DNA of 64,000 bases from the human T2T-CHM13v2.0 reference genome, Homo sapiens, in the NCBI GenBank assembly GCA_009914755.4, contig CP086569.2, positions 2,304,001 to 2,368,000 on the forward strand, given 5' to 3'. Positions 13,758-30,723 of this stretch are shown here, piece by piece; the first letter of the stretch is position 1; every line of letters starts with the position of its first letter. Below the pieces are notes generated by a model. The model was not told the DNA's origin and did not search any database. It saw only the letters and a list, made by a program, of their open reading frames with translations. A program made the position numbers and the translations under genes.

Positions 13758-14396
13758 TAGAATTGGGTTGGTTTTGTTGCACTGGGTGTCTGGTAGCTCC
13801 GGAGAGAACAAATATAAATGTGAAAATGCATACCTTGGTCATCAGTGTTTCTCAACAATTCTCCATCCCACTTAACAAGGCCTCTGCTAGAACTCTGGGG
13901 TCCGTTCCAAGAGGAAAAACATCCCTGCCTAGAAGAAGCAAATGGAAGAATGTACTCTATGCTGCCATGTGTGTTCTCATCAGGCCTTATCTAAGTTTCT
14001 CACCAGGAGATGTTGAAAAATATTGCTTGATGGACGAAGGGTAACGTACTGCAGTTGTTTATTGAGAAATGCCAGCCGTCATCTCTTGCTCGTTAGCTGC
14101 TCTGAATGCTCTTAGAAGGCACCATTCATGCCGCTGTATTCGGGACTGCTGAATTGTGCCACATTCCTTGGTGTTACGCGTGTCTCTTGTTGATGAAGTT
14201 CTAACCACAGTGCCATTGTGAGGCTGGAAATGTCCTTGGGTGAAAAAGCGGCCCCTGGGTCACCTTTCCCATGATTCAGGTGCATGTGAACCCCTCTAGT
14301 GCTTTACTGCCAGGGTCCAGGAGAGAGGGAAAGAATGTCACTGTCCCAGCATCCTCTAAGTTACTTGACAACACAATTGTTCTAGTGTCAAGAGTT

Positions 14397-14693
<297 letters not shown>

Positions 14694-14796
14694 GGTATTT
14701 TTTTTTTTTTCTTCAGCTCAAGAATGAAGTTTTTCTTAGTATCCTGTAGCTAAAATGATGCTTCTCCAATTTTATTTATTAAAAACGCCTAACGCT

Positions 14797-15105
14797 GGCC
14801 GGGTGCAGTAGCTCACGCCTGTAATCCTAGCACTTTGGGAGGCCAAGGCAGGTGGATCACGGGGTCAGGAGATTGAGACCATCCTGGCCAACATGGCAAA
14901 ATCCCGTCTCTACTAAAAAAAAATAGAAAAAATTAGCCGAGTGTGGTGGCGGGCGCCTGTAGTCCCAGCTACTCAGGAGGTTGAAGCAGAAGAAGCGCTT
15001 GAACCTAGGAGGTGGAGGTTGCAGTGAACCGAGCTCGCGCCGCTGTACTCCAGCATGGCAACACAGTGAGACTGTTTCAGAAAAACAAACAACAACAAAA
15101 AACAA
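14797..15105 (+). mobile_element. Alu SINE, young AluY-like.
   Basis: ggccgggtgcagtagctcacgcctgtaatcc...gatcacggggtcaggagattgagaccatcctggc (AluY-type middle region)...poly-A. Confidence 0.9.
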
Positions 15106-15723
15106 CTAATAGTAATGATCACATTTTTGGGCTCAAACATCTTAATTCTGGAAAGAGGAGATGCCACAATGGATACCACACTAAAGAGATGCTCTGGAGA
15201 ATTTTGCAAGGGAAGAAATTGTCATCTTAGGGAGGGCACACTGGGGAAGCTTTTCAGACACTGGTCATTCACCGGTATGATTAGAAGAAATGCCACACAG
15301 ACCTCAGGATACCTTGACCCAGACGGGGTCACTCTGATGCCTTCTGAAGTGAGAAATTGATCACGTTACCACAGCTAGTCACCACTCACTGGGTGACTTC
15401 AGACAAAGAAAATTGACGTTGTCACCGTTCCAAAGACCAGAAGTCTGAGATCTAGGCGTGAGCAGGGCTGCGCTACCATGGAGGCTCTAGGGGAGGATCC
15501 TTCCTGCCTCTCCCAGCTCCTGGGGGTTCCAGGTGTTCCTGGGCTTGTGGCCACATCACTCCAATCCCTGCCTCCATCTCCACGTGGCCGCCTCCTCTGT
15601 GTCTCCAAATCTCTATCTCCTTGTAAGGACACTAGTAATTGGATTTAGGGCCCACCCTAAATCTGGGATGATCTCATCTCAAGATCCTTCACTTAAGTAT
15701 GTCTGCAAGGAACCTATTTCTAA

Positions 15724-16063
<340 letters not shown>

Positions 16064-16684
16064 CACATATCTTTTTATGACTCACAACAATATGCAACTC
16101 TGGCATGCAATCATGCTAGTGGTTTACTTGGGCAGACCCTCCAGGCCTGCGTGGCAAGGGAGTGGGGGTTCACGCCACAGCAAAGAGGAGGAAGGAAAAC
16201 CCCTGTGCTTCAGCTTTTTCGGATCACAGGAAAGAGCAAACCCAGCAATTCAAGGGCAGCGGTCAAAGACTGCAGGTATAGAGCATGAGAAGCAGTGAGC
16301 ACAGGGCTGGAGGGGGGCACAGAAATGGTAGCAAAGGTCAGGGATATGAGGGGATAGCTTGAGGTGGGGCCGACCTTCATGGGAGGGATGGCAGAAGGCG
16401 AAGATGATTCAAAGGGAGGATGGGGCACCGGTAACATCAGCTCCAGGAGCTCAGGAAAGTGTAGAAGGGAGCTCCTTCTCCATCCAAGACTGACCCCGTG
16501 TCTCTCACGCTTTGGTGCAAGGATGCATGGATGCTGAGACTCATAGGAAGGGTGTGTGAGGCATGAAGCATGTGGGAAGTGGAAAAAGGGAAAGAGGAGG
16601 AGAAGGGCTGTGGGGAAATAAGTGAGTAGAATTGAGGAAACAGACCATTGACTTAATTCTTGAAAGGATTCAAAGGCCAGGTGC

Positions 16685-16980
16685 AGTGGCTTATGTCAGC
16701 AACCCCAGTTACTCAAGAGGCTGAGAGAGGAGGATCACCTGAGACCAGGAGTTTGAGATCAGCCTGGACAACATGGTGAAACTCCGTCTCTACTAAAAAT
16801 ACAAAAATTGGCTGGGCAGGCTGGTGGGCACCTGTAATCCTAGCTACTTGGGAGGCTGAAGCAGGAAAATTGCTTGAACCAGGAGGCATAGGTTGCAGTG
16901 AGCTGAGGTCGTGCCATTGCACTCCAGCCTGGGCGATAGAATGAGACTCTGTCTCAAAAACAAAAAAACAAAACAAAAAA
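16685..16980 (+). mobile_element. Alu SINE.
   Basis: ggccaggtgcagtggcttatgtcagcaaccccag...ctccagcctgggcgatagaatgagactctgtctcaaaaacaaaaaaac. Confidence 0.85.
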
Positions 16981-16986
16981 GATACG

Positions 16987-17130
16987 GGTTGAGCACAGTT
17001 GCTCATCCCTGTAATCCTAGCACTTTGGGAGGTTAATGCAGGAGGATTGCTTGAGACCAGGAATTCAAGTCCAGCCTGGGCAACATAGTGAGACCCCATC
17101 TCTAAAAAAACAACAAGAAAAACACAAAAA
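16987..17130 (+). mobile_element. Free left Alu monomer (FLAM-like).
   Basis: ggttgagcacagttgctcatccctgtaatcctagcactttgggaggttaatgcaggaggattgcttgagaccaggaattcaagtccagcctgggcaacatagtgagaccccatctctaaaaaaa, with no right arm. Confidence 0.75.
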
Positions 17131-17891
17131 TATACATCATGACACCTGTATTCACACTCCTCATATACTGCAGACAAATGCCATTTTGAAGAGAGGGAGC
17201 TTTATTCCTGAGTGGGCGGAGGAAGAAGGATGAATTGAGGAAGTGTGTTCATTACTTGTCAGCTGCCAACACTGAAAACAACACATGTTTATTTTCTTAC
17301 ATTTCTGTAGGTCAGGAGTCTGAAATGGATTTCACTATTTTAAAATCAAGGTGTTGGGAGGCTTGCAGTCTCTCCAGAATCTCTAGGAGAGAATTCATTT
17401 CTTACTTTTTCTAGTTTTTACAAGCCACCTGCCATCCTTGGCTCATTAGCCGTTACCCCATCTTCAAAGCACATGACTCCGACCTCTGCTTCCATCCTCA
17501 CATCCCTTTTTTCTGCGGTTAAATATCTCCCTTCCTCTCCTTATAAAAGCCCTGGGACCCCACTGTGATTCCATAGATCATTCAAAAAATGTCCCCATCT
17601 TAAGAACCTTACCTGAATCCTATCTGCAAATTCCTCTTTGTCCTAAAAGTTCACAAGTTCTAAGAATTAGGATGTGGGCATCTCTGGGGACCAGGATTGT
17701 ACCTGCCACATAGGGTTTGAACACCTGATGGGATCTGGGAGCCTGATGAGGGAGGGTGTCACCCCTGAGGGGCTGGGTCAAAGTGAACCAAGTAGCTAGA
17801 ACAGGTGGTCACAAGAAGTTGGTGATTCCCAAGGGCACCAGCTTGGGAGAAGTAAGTGGGGCAGCTGGGGACCCCTCCACCTCTAGGGTCA

Positions 17892-18477
<586 letters not shown>

Positions 18478-19085
18478 CTAACACTAACAGAGAAGTTTTC
18501 AAACCTCAGGAAGATGGACCCAAGCCATATCACTGGCTTCTTTTCAAGGGAAAATTTGATTTTTTTTTCCCTTAACTGAACTCTTTTGGGCCACCCTGTT
18601 GACTGTAATGAGCACAGACTGCGTTTATCGTGGGAAATGAACTTTGCAATGAATTACTCCAAGAAATGATGCCGTTAGCAATGGGTACATGAGTGGAAGC
18701 AACAGCAGCGTGGGATCAGAGCCAGGATCTGAGAGATGCAGAGCTGGGAGGCAGGAGAAAGCTGTCTGGGAGCAAGCAGAGGGTGCTAGACCCAATGAAC
18801 ATGGCAAGCAAGGCTAGACCCTGAGGACAGTCAAAGGGCCATTTTCAAGGTTGAGGACTGACTGTGGCCTCACTGTGTTCCCCTCCATGGCACGCCATAC
18901 CTGAGCTCCTCTTTCCCTCCTCACTGAGCCCCACAGGATCCTCGGTTCCATCGACCACAGGCCCTTTGCACATACCACACTTGCTACACAAAACTTTCTG
19001 CCTCTACCTTGTGCTGTCTTCATACTTCAATTGTCAGCTCCACTGTTAGCTCCATGGTCACTTCCCCTTAAAAGTTCACATCTGT

Positions 19086-19393
<308 letters not shown>

Positions 19394-20249
19394 GTTCATA
19401 TATCTGTGTCCCTGCCTGACCCAAGCTGACCATGTTATAAGCATCTAGAAGCCTCACCTCCTTACTGCGGCTCTGACCACGGCACTACTTTTATATCCTG
19501 TGGGCAATTTTGTTTAAATATCCGCTTTCCTCGTTAGACGCTAAGCAACATGGGAGTGAGTGTCTGGCCATGGTTTGCTCATCTGTGCATCTCCAGGACT
19601 GGCTGGGTTCCTGGGTATGAAGAAGCAGCGGTCCACACACATGGGTGAACCTGTGCTTCTTCTCACCACTACACTGCTTGGCTTCCTTATTTCCTTCCTG
19701 TCACCTGGAATGCCTACCCTGTACTTCTCTCCAGCTCCAACACCATCATTTACCACCTCGTTCAGCTCCCAGGCATCCTAGAAGCCTTTCCTGACCACAG
19801 GGGTGCATCGTGGTGCACAATTCCTTCAGCTGCCACTATGGTGCAAGATGAGTCTAGAAGAACAGTTTTGCTGTGCGGTCACCCTTACTCACTATTGTGA
19901 TTTTGCCTTTAACATATTGAAAAAGACACAGAAAACACACACCATCCGATCAGTTAGTTGCAGACACATCGCCCGATGCTAAGAATGTGCTGTGTTTTAA
20001 ATTGACGTCTGTTGGCTCTTCAGCTTCTGCTCTGGGCTTCTTATGTCCCCACTCGGCCCTGAATCCCATTCCCCCAAATCTCAGTAACTTTGGTGGCTTT
20101 TGCACCAGCCAAAATCAGATCCTAGGTCTTGAGCAAAACCAAGAGCAAGGAAAAAAATCCCACATGGGAATCTGAGACCTCACTCTAATGACTTCAGTTG
20201 CTGTTGACTTGATTTCCTTCAACTGCCGAAGGAGGTTAGAACAGTTTCC

Positions 20250-20720
20250 TCTTGCTTCTAGGACAAAGCATCACAGACTTTGCAGCTTAAAACAATGCAC
20301 ATTTCTTTGCTTACAGTTCTGGAGGTAAGAAGTCTGAAATTAGTTTCCTGGGGCTCCCATCAAGGTGTCAGCAGGGCTGGCTTCCTTCTGGAGGCTCTAG
20401 GAGAGAAACGGTTTGCTTGACATTTCCAGCTTCTAGAGGCTGCCTACACGCCTTATTATGTAGCTGCTCCCTCCATCTTCAAAGCCAGCAGTGTAGCATC
20501 TTCCAATCTCTCTCTAACTCTGACCCTCTTGCTTCCCTCTTTCCATGATAAAGACCCATGTGATAACATTGGTCCTACCTGGGTAATCCAGTAATGTCTT
20601 CTCATCTCAAGCTCAGCTGATCAGCAACTTTCATTCCATCTGCAACCTTCATTTCCCTTGCACAGGTTCTGGGAATCAGGACATGGATATCTTTGGAGCC
20701 TGCTATTGCTTCTACCTACA
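20250..20720. mobile_element. Ancient LTR-like interspersed repeat fragment (MaLR/MER-type). Family not assigned.
   Basis: Contains cagttctggaggtaagaagtctgaaat...cttccttctggaggctctaggagag...ccatcttcaaagccagcag...gacccatgtgataacattggtcctacctgggtaatccagtaatgtcttctcatctcaag...tgcaaccttcatttcccttgcacaggttctgggaatcaggacatggatatctttgg. I recognise this as a common dispersed mammalian repeat. Confidence 0.5.
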
Positions 20721-21464
20721 ACTGGTGTTACAAGACTTGGCCCACTTAATCTTGCAAATTCTTTCTGCCCCTCTCCTGTGCTTAATGAGATCTGTTCTCT
20801 ATGAATGTTCAGGACCTCAGGAGTAGGGACCCCAAAGGCTGGGGGCAAAGTAGATGTGACAGGTGCCAAGCATAGGATGTGTGACCAGATTCGGTCATGT
20901 GATTACATTGTGAAGTGACCCAGGCATTTTCATTAAGAAGGAAAGTGGTTGTAGGAGGAGGAAATTGAACACAACCCACACATGGGTGGTTGGAAAATCT
21001 GAGACCTCTCGTGGGCATGCTCATCCATTTCACTCACCGGTACAGGGGAAATTCTTAGACCTGTCAGTGCAACTATTTGAAATAAACATCCAAGAAAGGC
21101 AGCAAACTTCAGGTAGGATGAAGTCAGAAGTCCACCCTGAAGCACAGTAAAAGCCACAAGACAGAAGTGACTGATCCCATCCCAGGGATCCTAAAGAAGA
21201 TTATCATCAGACTTCTCATTGGAAACTTTGGAAGTCGGAAGGCAGTAGGCTGATAAATTCAAAATGCTAAAAAAGAAAACCAATGAAAACATGCTAACCA
21301 AGAAAAAAAAATGCTACATGGCTGAAGAAATCATGCAGAAATCTTAGCAACATTTTAAATGATCCAACAAGGTCTGTTGTTTCTGCGCAAATATGGGCAA
21401 ACATGAGCTGGTATAGCTTATTTTTATGGGTGCAGGGAGCATGCAGTTATCTCCACTAGCATGT

Positions 21465-21762
21465 TTTTGTTTGTTTGCTTTGAGATGGATTCTCACTCTG
21501 TCGCCCAGGCTGGAGTGCAGTGGCACAATCTTGGCTCACTGCAACCTCCGTCTCCCGGGTTCAAGCAGTTCCCTGCCTCAGCCTCCTGAGTAGCTAGGAT
21601 TACAGGTGCCCACCACCATGCCCAGCTAATTTTTGTATTTTTAGTAGAGATGGGGTTTCAGCATCTTGGCCAAGGCTGGTCTTGAACTCCTGACCTTGTG
21701 ATCCACTCACATCAGCCTCCCAAAGTGCTGGGATTACAGGTGTGAGCCACCGCATCCAGCCT
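21465..21762 (-). mobile_element. Alu SINE.
   Basis: tttgagatggattctcactctgtcgcccaggctggagtgcagtggcac...gggattacaggtgtgagccaccgcatccagcc. Confidence 0.9.
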
Positions 21763-22989
21763 GTTTTTCTTTTCAACTCATGCATAGGTTCAGAATTTAG
21801 TTCCAGGTATGTGAGAGCTCCTTGTAGATGTTTTTCATGATGAGGCACCTGGCTTACCAGACTTTATCTGACTTCTTGCTTTATCTTCCCAACAGTTCAG
21901 CACCGTGGTGCGGTACAGGGTCCCATTAGCAGGTCTCATTTCCCACCACTGACTGAACATCAGCAGGCTCAATCCACAAGTCAGGGGCTGGGGATGTCTT
22001 GTCAAGAATTCCCTCTTTAGGGGCAGGAATGAAATTTATAACAACATCCATACTGTTTGATGGAGCCCTCTCTACATGGCAGGTGCTTTGCAAGCACTTT
22101 CAGAAAATCTGCACCAAACCTTATAGTAAGAATGATCGCTGTCATTCTACAAGTCAGAAACTTGAAGATCAGATTGGTGACATGTTCAGCTAATGCACTG
22201 CTAATAAACAGCAGAAGTGAAATTCAAATATCAAGACATTTGTCCTCAAAGTCTATGCTTGTAACTAGATTATGGCCCTGATATCCTAGGGGTGAATCAG
22301 TTTCAGTTTCCCTTCCTGGACCCCCAGCAAGTAGTACATGGGAATTATTGTAGTCCGCTATAGCGGGGAGCAGTGTAAACAGATAAACAAGGTTTTCCGG
22401 GGCCCTGGTTTAGGCAAATAAATCTTACAACTTATCTGGCTCTTTCAAGTCGACTTCAGACTTCGCCTTGCTTTCTAGACTGTTTTGCCTAATGGAAAAT
22501 AGTGTTTGTATCTTTAGAAAATGTAATACGTGATTTTCCCCTCTCAATATTTTGCAGGTCAGAGATATTGCTTTGATCTATTTTCACATAATAATTATTA
22601 TTTGAGGTCTCAAGACCAGCATCTTCATCTGTGTGGGGCTCTGAGTTAAGGGCTTTCCAGAGACTCACTCCTGCCGTTTCTTCTAACTCCCTTGAGCAGA
22701 GGCCAGCAGTAGAGAAACTTGATAAATAACACAAGTGCTATAATCCCTGAGTCCTCTAAGAAATGAGACACAAAGGAAAGATCCAGGGACATTTTCACAG
22801 ATGTGCCCAATTCCAGTGGCCCCAGGTTTCCCACCCTGCTGTTGATATTCTGCCACCCATAGTCGTGATCATCTGGCTACAAAACAGCAGGCAAGGCTGT
22901 GCATGAGTGATGTTACAGGTGGGCTCATGGCTACATGGATGTCTGGACATGTCTAGGTGTCCATATGCAGGACCTGAGGGAAAGTGAGA

Positions 22990-23680
22990 AGGAGGGAGGG
23001 ATGGGTGAATAGATGGATAGATAAATGGATGGAAAGGTGGACGAATGGATAGATGCATGAATGGATGGTGAATTGGTGGGTAAAATGGAGGGATGGATGG
23101 GTGTTTGGATGGATATTTGGATGGATGGATGGAGGGATGGATGGGTGTTTGGATGGATATTTGGATGGATGGATGGATGGATGGATGAGTGAATGGCTGA
23201 GTGGATGGGTAGACGGATGGATGGAGAGATGGATAAGTGTTTGATGGATGAATAGACACATACATGGATGGACAGGTGTTTGGGTGGATGTGTAGGTGGA
23301 AAGGTGGATAGATAGATTGATGGGTGGATGGATAGAGGGAATGATGGATCACTGAATACATGTGTCAATGAATGGGGGATGTATCATTGGAGGGATGGGT
23401 GAGTGGTATGGTGGATGAGTAGATGAATGAGTGGGTGGATAGATGGATGGATGGATGGATGGATGGATGGATGGTAAGGTGGATGAGTAGATGGGTGGAT
23501 GGGTGGATGGATGGATGGATAGATGGATAGGTAGATAAGTAGATGATTGGATGGATGGATGCATGAATAAACAGGTTCATGGATGGGTGGATGAGTGGAT
23601 AGATGGATGGGTGGATGTGGGTGGCTGGATAGATATGTAGATAGATGCAAAGGTGAATGCAAAGAGAAGGATAGATTTAT
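22990..23680. repeat. (GGAT)n / (GGATG)n-type simple repeat, ~690 bp.
   Basis: ggatggatggatggatgg runs with gggtg/gaat variants. The long minus-strand ORFs are His/Pro/Ser-rich repeat translations. Confidence 0.9.
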
Positions 23681-24537
23681 GAGGATGCAAGTGAGAATTT
23701 TTCTCCTTAGGTCATCAGGGGAAAATTAAATCCTTACCCACGGAGACATCTTTCATTTGAGTCAGGCAGAGGCCCTCTTTTTCTCTCTCCTGGTGACCAG
23801 GACAAAGAGAAATGCAGGTGTAGAGAGCTCTGATCAGGGAGCCCTGCCTGCCTCCTGTCCTGGGTGACCTTTACCAAATCCTCTCCTGCGTTGGGTCTCC
23901 CTAACCTTGATTTTCAAATGGTGGCTTCAGGGCTTTGCCTTTTCTGTGTCTGTGGTTCTCTGTCATCCATCAAGTCTCCCAGGGAGCCCCTTCTTGCCTC
24001 CCCTCTGTCCCTTTGGCCCCCACTCCAGACCCCAGATTGGGTTCAGGGTTCCTCTCTAGAAGTCACTGATGGGAGCCCACACCCTGAAAATGCCTTTAGT
24101 CTTCATTCCAGCCTCTCCTCTCTGCCAAGTGAGCTGCCCTTGCTGGCAGCAGTCACTTCCTCACACAGGGGGATGCTTGTTCCAGCACACTGAGTAAGTG
24201 CTGTCTCCTGAGTGGGAATTGGCTTGGCACAGGCGACCGTATGACATTGTTTCAAAAAGTCATTCAAATTCTTTGTCTTGTACATCCTGTCTGGAAGCAC
24301 GTATATACATTCCCGCCTCCCCACTGGGCACGCTCTTACCCTTGCCCTGCCATTCTGGTGCTAGGAGCTGTTTGTGCTGTCCACTGGGTGGACAGAGACG
24401 TCTTCCCCATGAAAAGAGGAATCAGGGTTTTCATGTATCTCTTAGAAGCCGGGCATTTGGCACCGGGGCTCATGAACAGCTGATTTTTGAAGTGGTCCCA
24501 GGGAAAGCTCAGTTGGTGACTGATAAGAAGAAGGTCT

Positions 24538-24890
<353 letters not shown>

Positions 24891-25026
24891 TCATCTTCCT
24901 TGCCCAGTGGATCTGTGGTTTCATACCCTGGGTCTCCTGAAGCTTTGGGGTTTTTCTCATTTTTTTTTCTTTGAGATGGAGTCTTTTTTCTTTATAAATT
25001 ATCCAGTCTTAGTTATTTCTTTATAG

Positions 25027-25614
<588 letters not shown>

Positions 25615-25658
25615 TGATGGATGCACCACCCATTGAGTTGATTATAAAAGGCTGATAA

Positions 25659-25980
<322 letters not shown>

Positions 25981-26236
25981 AGGCTGATAATAAGCAAATT
26001 GCTAACTGTGGGGTCTGTGACTATGGACTCTTTCTTGTGTTCAAAATAGCTTTTCTGCAGAGTTAACTGTGCAAACCCAGGACAGCAGATTCTGTTTGTG
26101 CCCTTCAAGTGGTTTAGATTTCAGATTACCAAGATAGAAAAATATGTTTGACTACCTGTCCACAGTTCTGTATTTTCAATGCTTATAATGGGACTACAAA
26201 TAAGACAACCTGAGCCTTTGTTTCCCATACCCCTGA

Positions 26237-26565
<329 letters not shown>

Positions 26566-26579
26566 TGAGCAATGTTTAA

Positions 26580-27273
26580 ATCCTCAAAGCATCACTAGAA
26601 TTCTGATAACTGTTTTTACAAAGAAGGAAAGGAATCATTATTGGCAAGGATGTGGAAACATTAGAATTCTCCTACTTTGCTGGTGGGAAGTTAAAGTGGT
26701 GTAGCCACTATGGAAGGCAGTTTTATGGCTCTTCAGAAAATTAAACACAGAATTACCAAGTGATGTAGCAATCCTACTTCTACCTAATACCTAAAGATAC
26801 TGAAAACAAATGTGTAAACAGAAATTTGTACACAAATGTATGTAGCAATATCCAAAATGCCAAAAGGTGAAAACAGTCTGATGTCCATCTAATACTAAAT
26901 GGATAAACCCCATGTGTTCCATCCATACAATGGAATATTATTCAGCCACGAAAAGGAATGAAACAGTCATATGCTACAACATGAATGAACCTTGAAGACA
27001 TTATGCTAAGTGCAGAAAGAGAGACACAAAAGGTCACATATTGTAGGAGTCCATTTATATAAAATGTCCAGAATAGTTAAAGCCATCAAGACAGAAATTG
27101 AACTCATGGTTGCTTAGGGCTGGGGGCAGGGAAAATGAACAGTGATTACTTGATAGGTACGAAGTTTCCTTTGGCGGTGATGGCAGGGTTCTGGAACTAG
27201 ATAGCGGTGATGGTGGCATAACACTGTGGATGTAGTCAATGCGCCTGAATTGTTCACTTAAAAATGGTAAAAA
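26580..27273 (+). mobile_element. L1 3' end (old L1M/L1PB-like 3' portion), terminating where an Alu inserted.
   Basis: ttggcaaggatgtggaaacattagaattctcctactttgctggtgggaagttaaagtggtgtagccactatggaaggcagtt...ccatacaatggaatattattcagccacgaaaaggaatgaaacagtcatatgctacaacatgaatgaaccttgaagacattatgctaagtg...ggttgcttagggctgggggcagggaaaatg... matches the L1 3'-terminal consensus I know. Confidence 0.75.
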
Positions 27274-27274
27274 C

Positions 27275-27895
<621 letters not shown>

Positions 27896-29204
27896 ACAAA
27901 TGAAAAGGTTAAATGATGAAATTAATGTTATGGGTATTTTTCCACAACAACATGCTTCCCCACAGAAATCTCAGTGGAGAAGACAGGAGTGTGGCAGACC
28001 AACATGCTTCTGGAGCTCCACAAAGCTGTCCCTTTAATTGGCAGCACGCCTGGTAAAGGCTGTTTGCTTTGTGGACGTTGACCTCCACCTGCTGGCCCAG
28101 TGACTCCTGCTATCTTCATTTTGTCCAGTTCACCTCTCAGTCCCCAGAGCCGTACAACCATCTATAGGTTCTTGCTTCTCCCTTTTCCCCTAGAAGCATC
28201 TCCTGGGAATCACCCCTGACCAAAAGCCCCAGGCACCTCTCCAAGACCCCCTACAGAAGCCTAAACAGCCCTTACATTCATTGCCTTTGGACCTACCCGA
28301 AGTCAACAAGTTCCAAACTCGTCAGAAACTGGGAGGAGTCTCAGCCCCAAATCAATAGCAGCCGTTGTCAGCTCCTCCCAGCTCAAAGTCCCCCAGAGAT
28401 CGGTTCCCTGGTCTGAGTCAGGAACGAGAGACTGAAAAGCATGGGGATCTGGTGCTTTTTCTTCGTAGGGTTAGTCGCTTTCCCCACCAAAAAACCTACC
28501 AACTGAAAGATCACTGATTGGATGGGTCAACCAGCCTCAGCTACCAGATGTCTTTGAGATGGGGAGCCAGCCCCCTAAAGCTGAGTCTCTGTGTGTGGCT
28601 TCCAAATACCTGGTCCCCTGGGTGCAGACAGAAGAGAGGACGCAGAGGCTGGACATCTCCCAGAGGAGGGGGAGACTGGCTGGTCACCAGATAATCTTGC
28701 TTCCCTCTCTGATGTCATAGGAACATGAACAGACTTGGAGATGCTGATTGAAAGTACATGTCACCTGAAGGAGACATTGGTTCCAGAGCCATTAATTCCT
28801 AACCTCCTACCATACTCTCTGCATGGTGGAAGATGCCAGAACATTCTCAGAGCTTGAGAAAAAAGGGGAATTGAGAGAAGGGACGGGGGTCAAGAGATAG
28901 AGAAGGTGAGAGGAATGTGAGAGAAGCAGGGGACGGAGGAGAAGAGAGGAAGGATAACTCAGAAGCTCAGGTCTAACTTCACCCCACTCCCCTTAGGACC
29001 CCCCCACTCTAACTGTTGTTTCTGAGAGTTCCTGGGGGCCACCCATAAACAATGAGGTTAAATGTAAATGGAAGGGCAGGACTCTGTTGAAGTCTGCAGA
29101 AGGTACCCTGTTGGCTGCATAGTCACCAGCTCTCATGACCCAAAGAGGAGAGTGAGCAGGTGACTGGATCATCAGTGAGGGTAAATCTGGAAGACAGAAT
29201 TGGA

Positions 29205-29340
29205 GCCAGGTGCAGTGGCTCACAACTGTAACCCCAGCACCTTTGGAGGCCAAGGTAGAAGGAGCACTTGAGCCTCAGGAGTTTGAGACCAGCCTGGGCA
29301 ACATAGCCAGACCCTGTCTCTACAAATAATTTTTAAAAAT
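29205..29340 (+). mobile_element. Alu left-monomer fragment (FLAM-like).
   Basis: gccaggtgcagtggctcacaactgtaaccccagcacctttggaggccaaggtagaaggagcacttgagcctcaggagtttgagaccagcctgggcaacatagccagaccctgtctctacaaataat. Confidence 0.75.
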
Positions 29341-30378
29341 TCATTGAAGGATTTCTAAAGACCACTTGAGTGGTTTATGTCTCCTGGAGTCAGAACCCAG
29401 GGAGGATTTTTGCTGAAATACCAAAGCCGCAGGGAGCATGAATAGAGATGTTCAGACAGAAATTAAGTTTGAAGAAATAGACTTTGGCAGAGAGGCACGT
29501 GGCCACAGACAAGAACTCATCATGCATTCATTCTTTCACTCACTCAGCAAACATTAAATGGACTCTGTCTAACTGCATTTCCCTCTCTTGACAAGAGGGA
29601 TACATCGGAGAGAGACAGGCTGAAGGAATGTAGAGTTGATATTGGACCTGGGAGCTTTCCAAAGGCACTGTGCTCTCCTGTGCCCTTCTTCGCATCCCAG
29701 TCTCTACGATGTTGACCGTGTTCGTGGGTTTCACATTGCTGTTGACATACCAGAAAGAATATGCATGAACCACAGTGACAAATGTCATTCATAATCATTT
29801 TCAGCACAGAATAACCTACAGAAATGTCTTCTGTGTACCTTCCCCTGCAATATTTTGTGATTCTGATGCAACTGGAGACAAAACATCTCTTATCCATGGC
29901 CTCTCTTGAATCAATTTTATCTCCAATCTGCCTTTTCATGGGTACTCTAACAAGAAAGCAAACAAGGAAAGTTCAGCTGGTCTAGCAGTTCTGAGACAGC
30001 AAATTATCTCACTGTTGATGTGGACAAAGAGCCTCTTGCAGAAAGACTATACTTAACTCTGAGAATCTGGGTCCCAGCTTTTTTTTTTTTAATCCAGAGA
30101 GACGTAAATCTGAAAGAATCTGAGTCCCAGCCGAGCTGAGAGAGGAGTAAAATCACGGAGGCATGCCTCCACTCAGAACACATCATTATCGTGCTTTTAT
30201 ATGGAAGGCACAGCCATTCACTCATTGTCCGATAGACGTTTCCATTGAACGTTGGATCTCTTCAAACCAAGTGTCTGCAAACATGATGGGTTTTGCACTG
30301 ATGCTGAGGATGAATCCAACAGGAAAGATACAGAGAAACATCACATTGCACCCCAGAGACATATGCAATTATTGTTTA

Positions 30379-30723
<345 letters not shown>
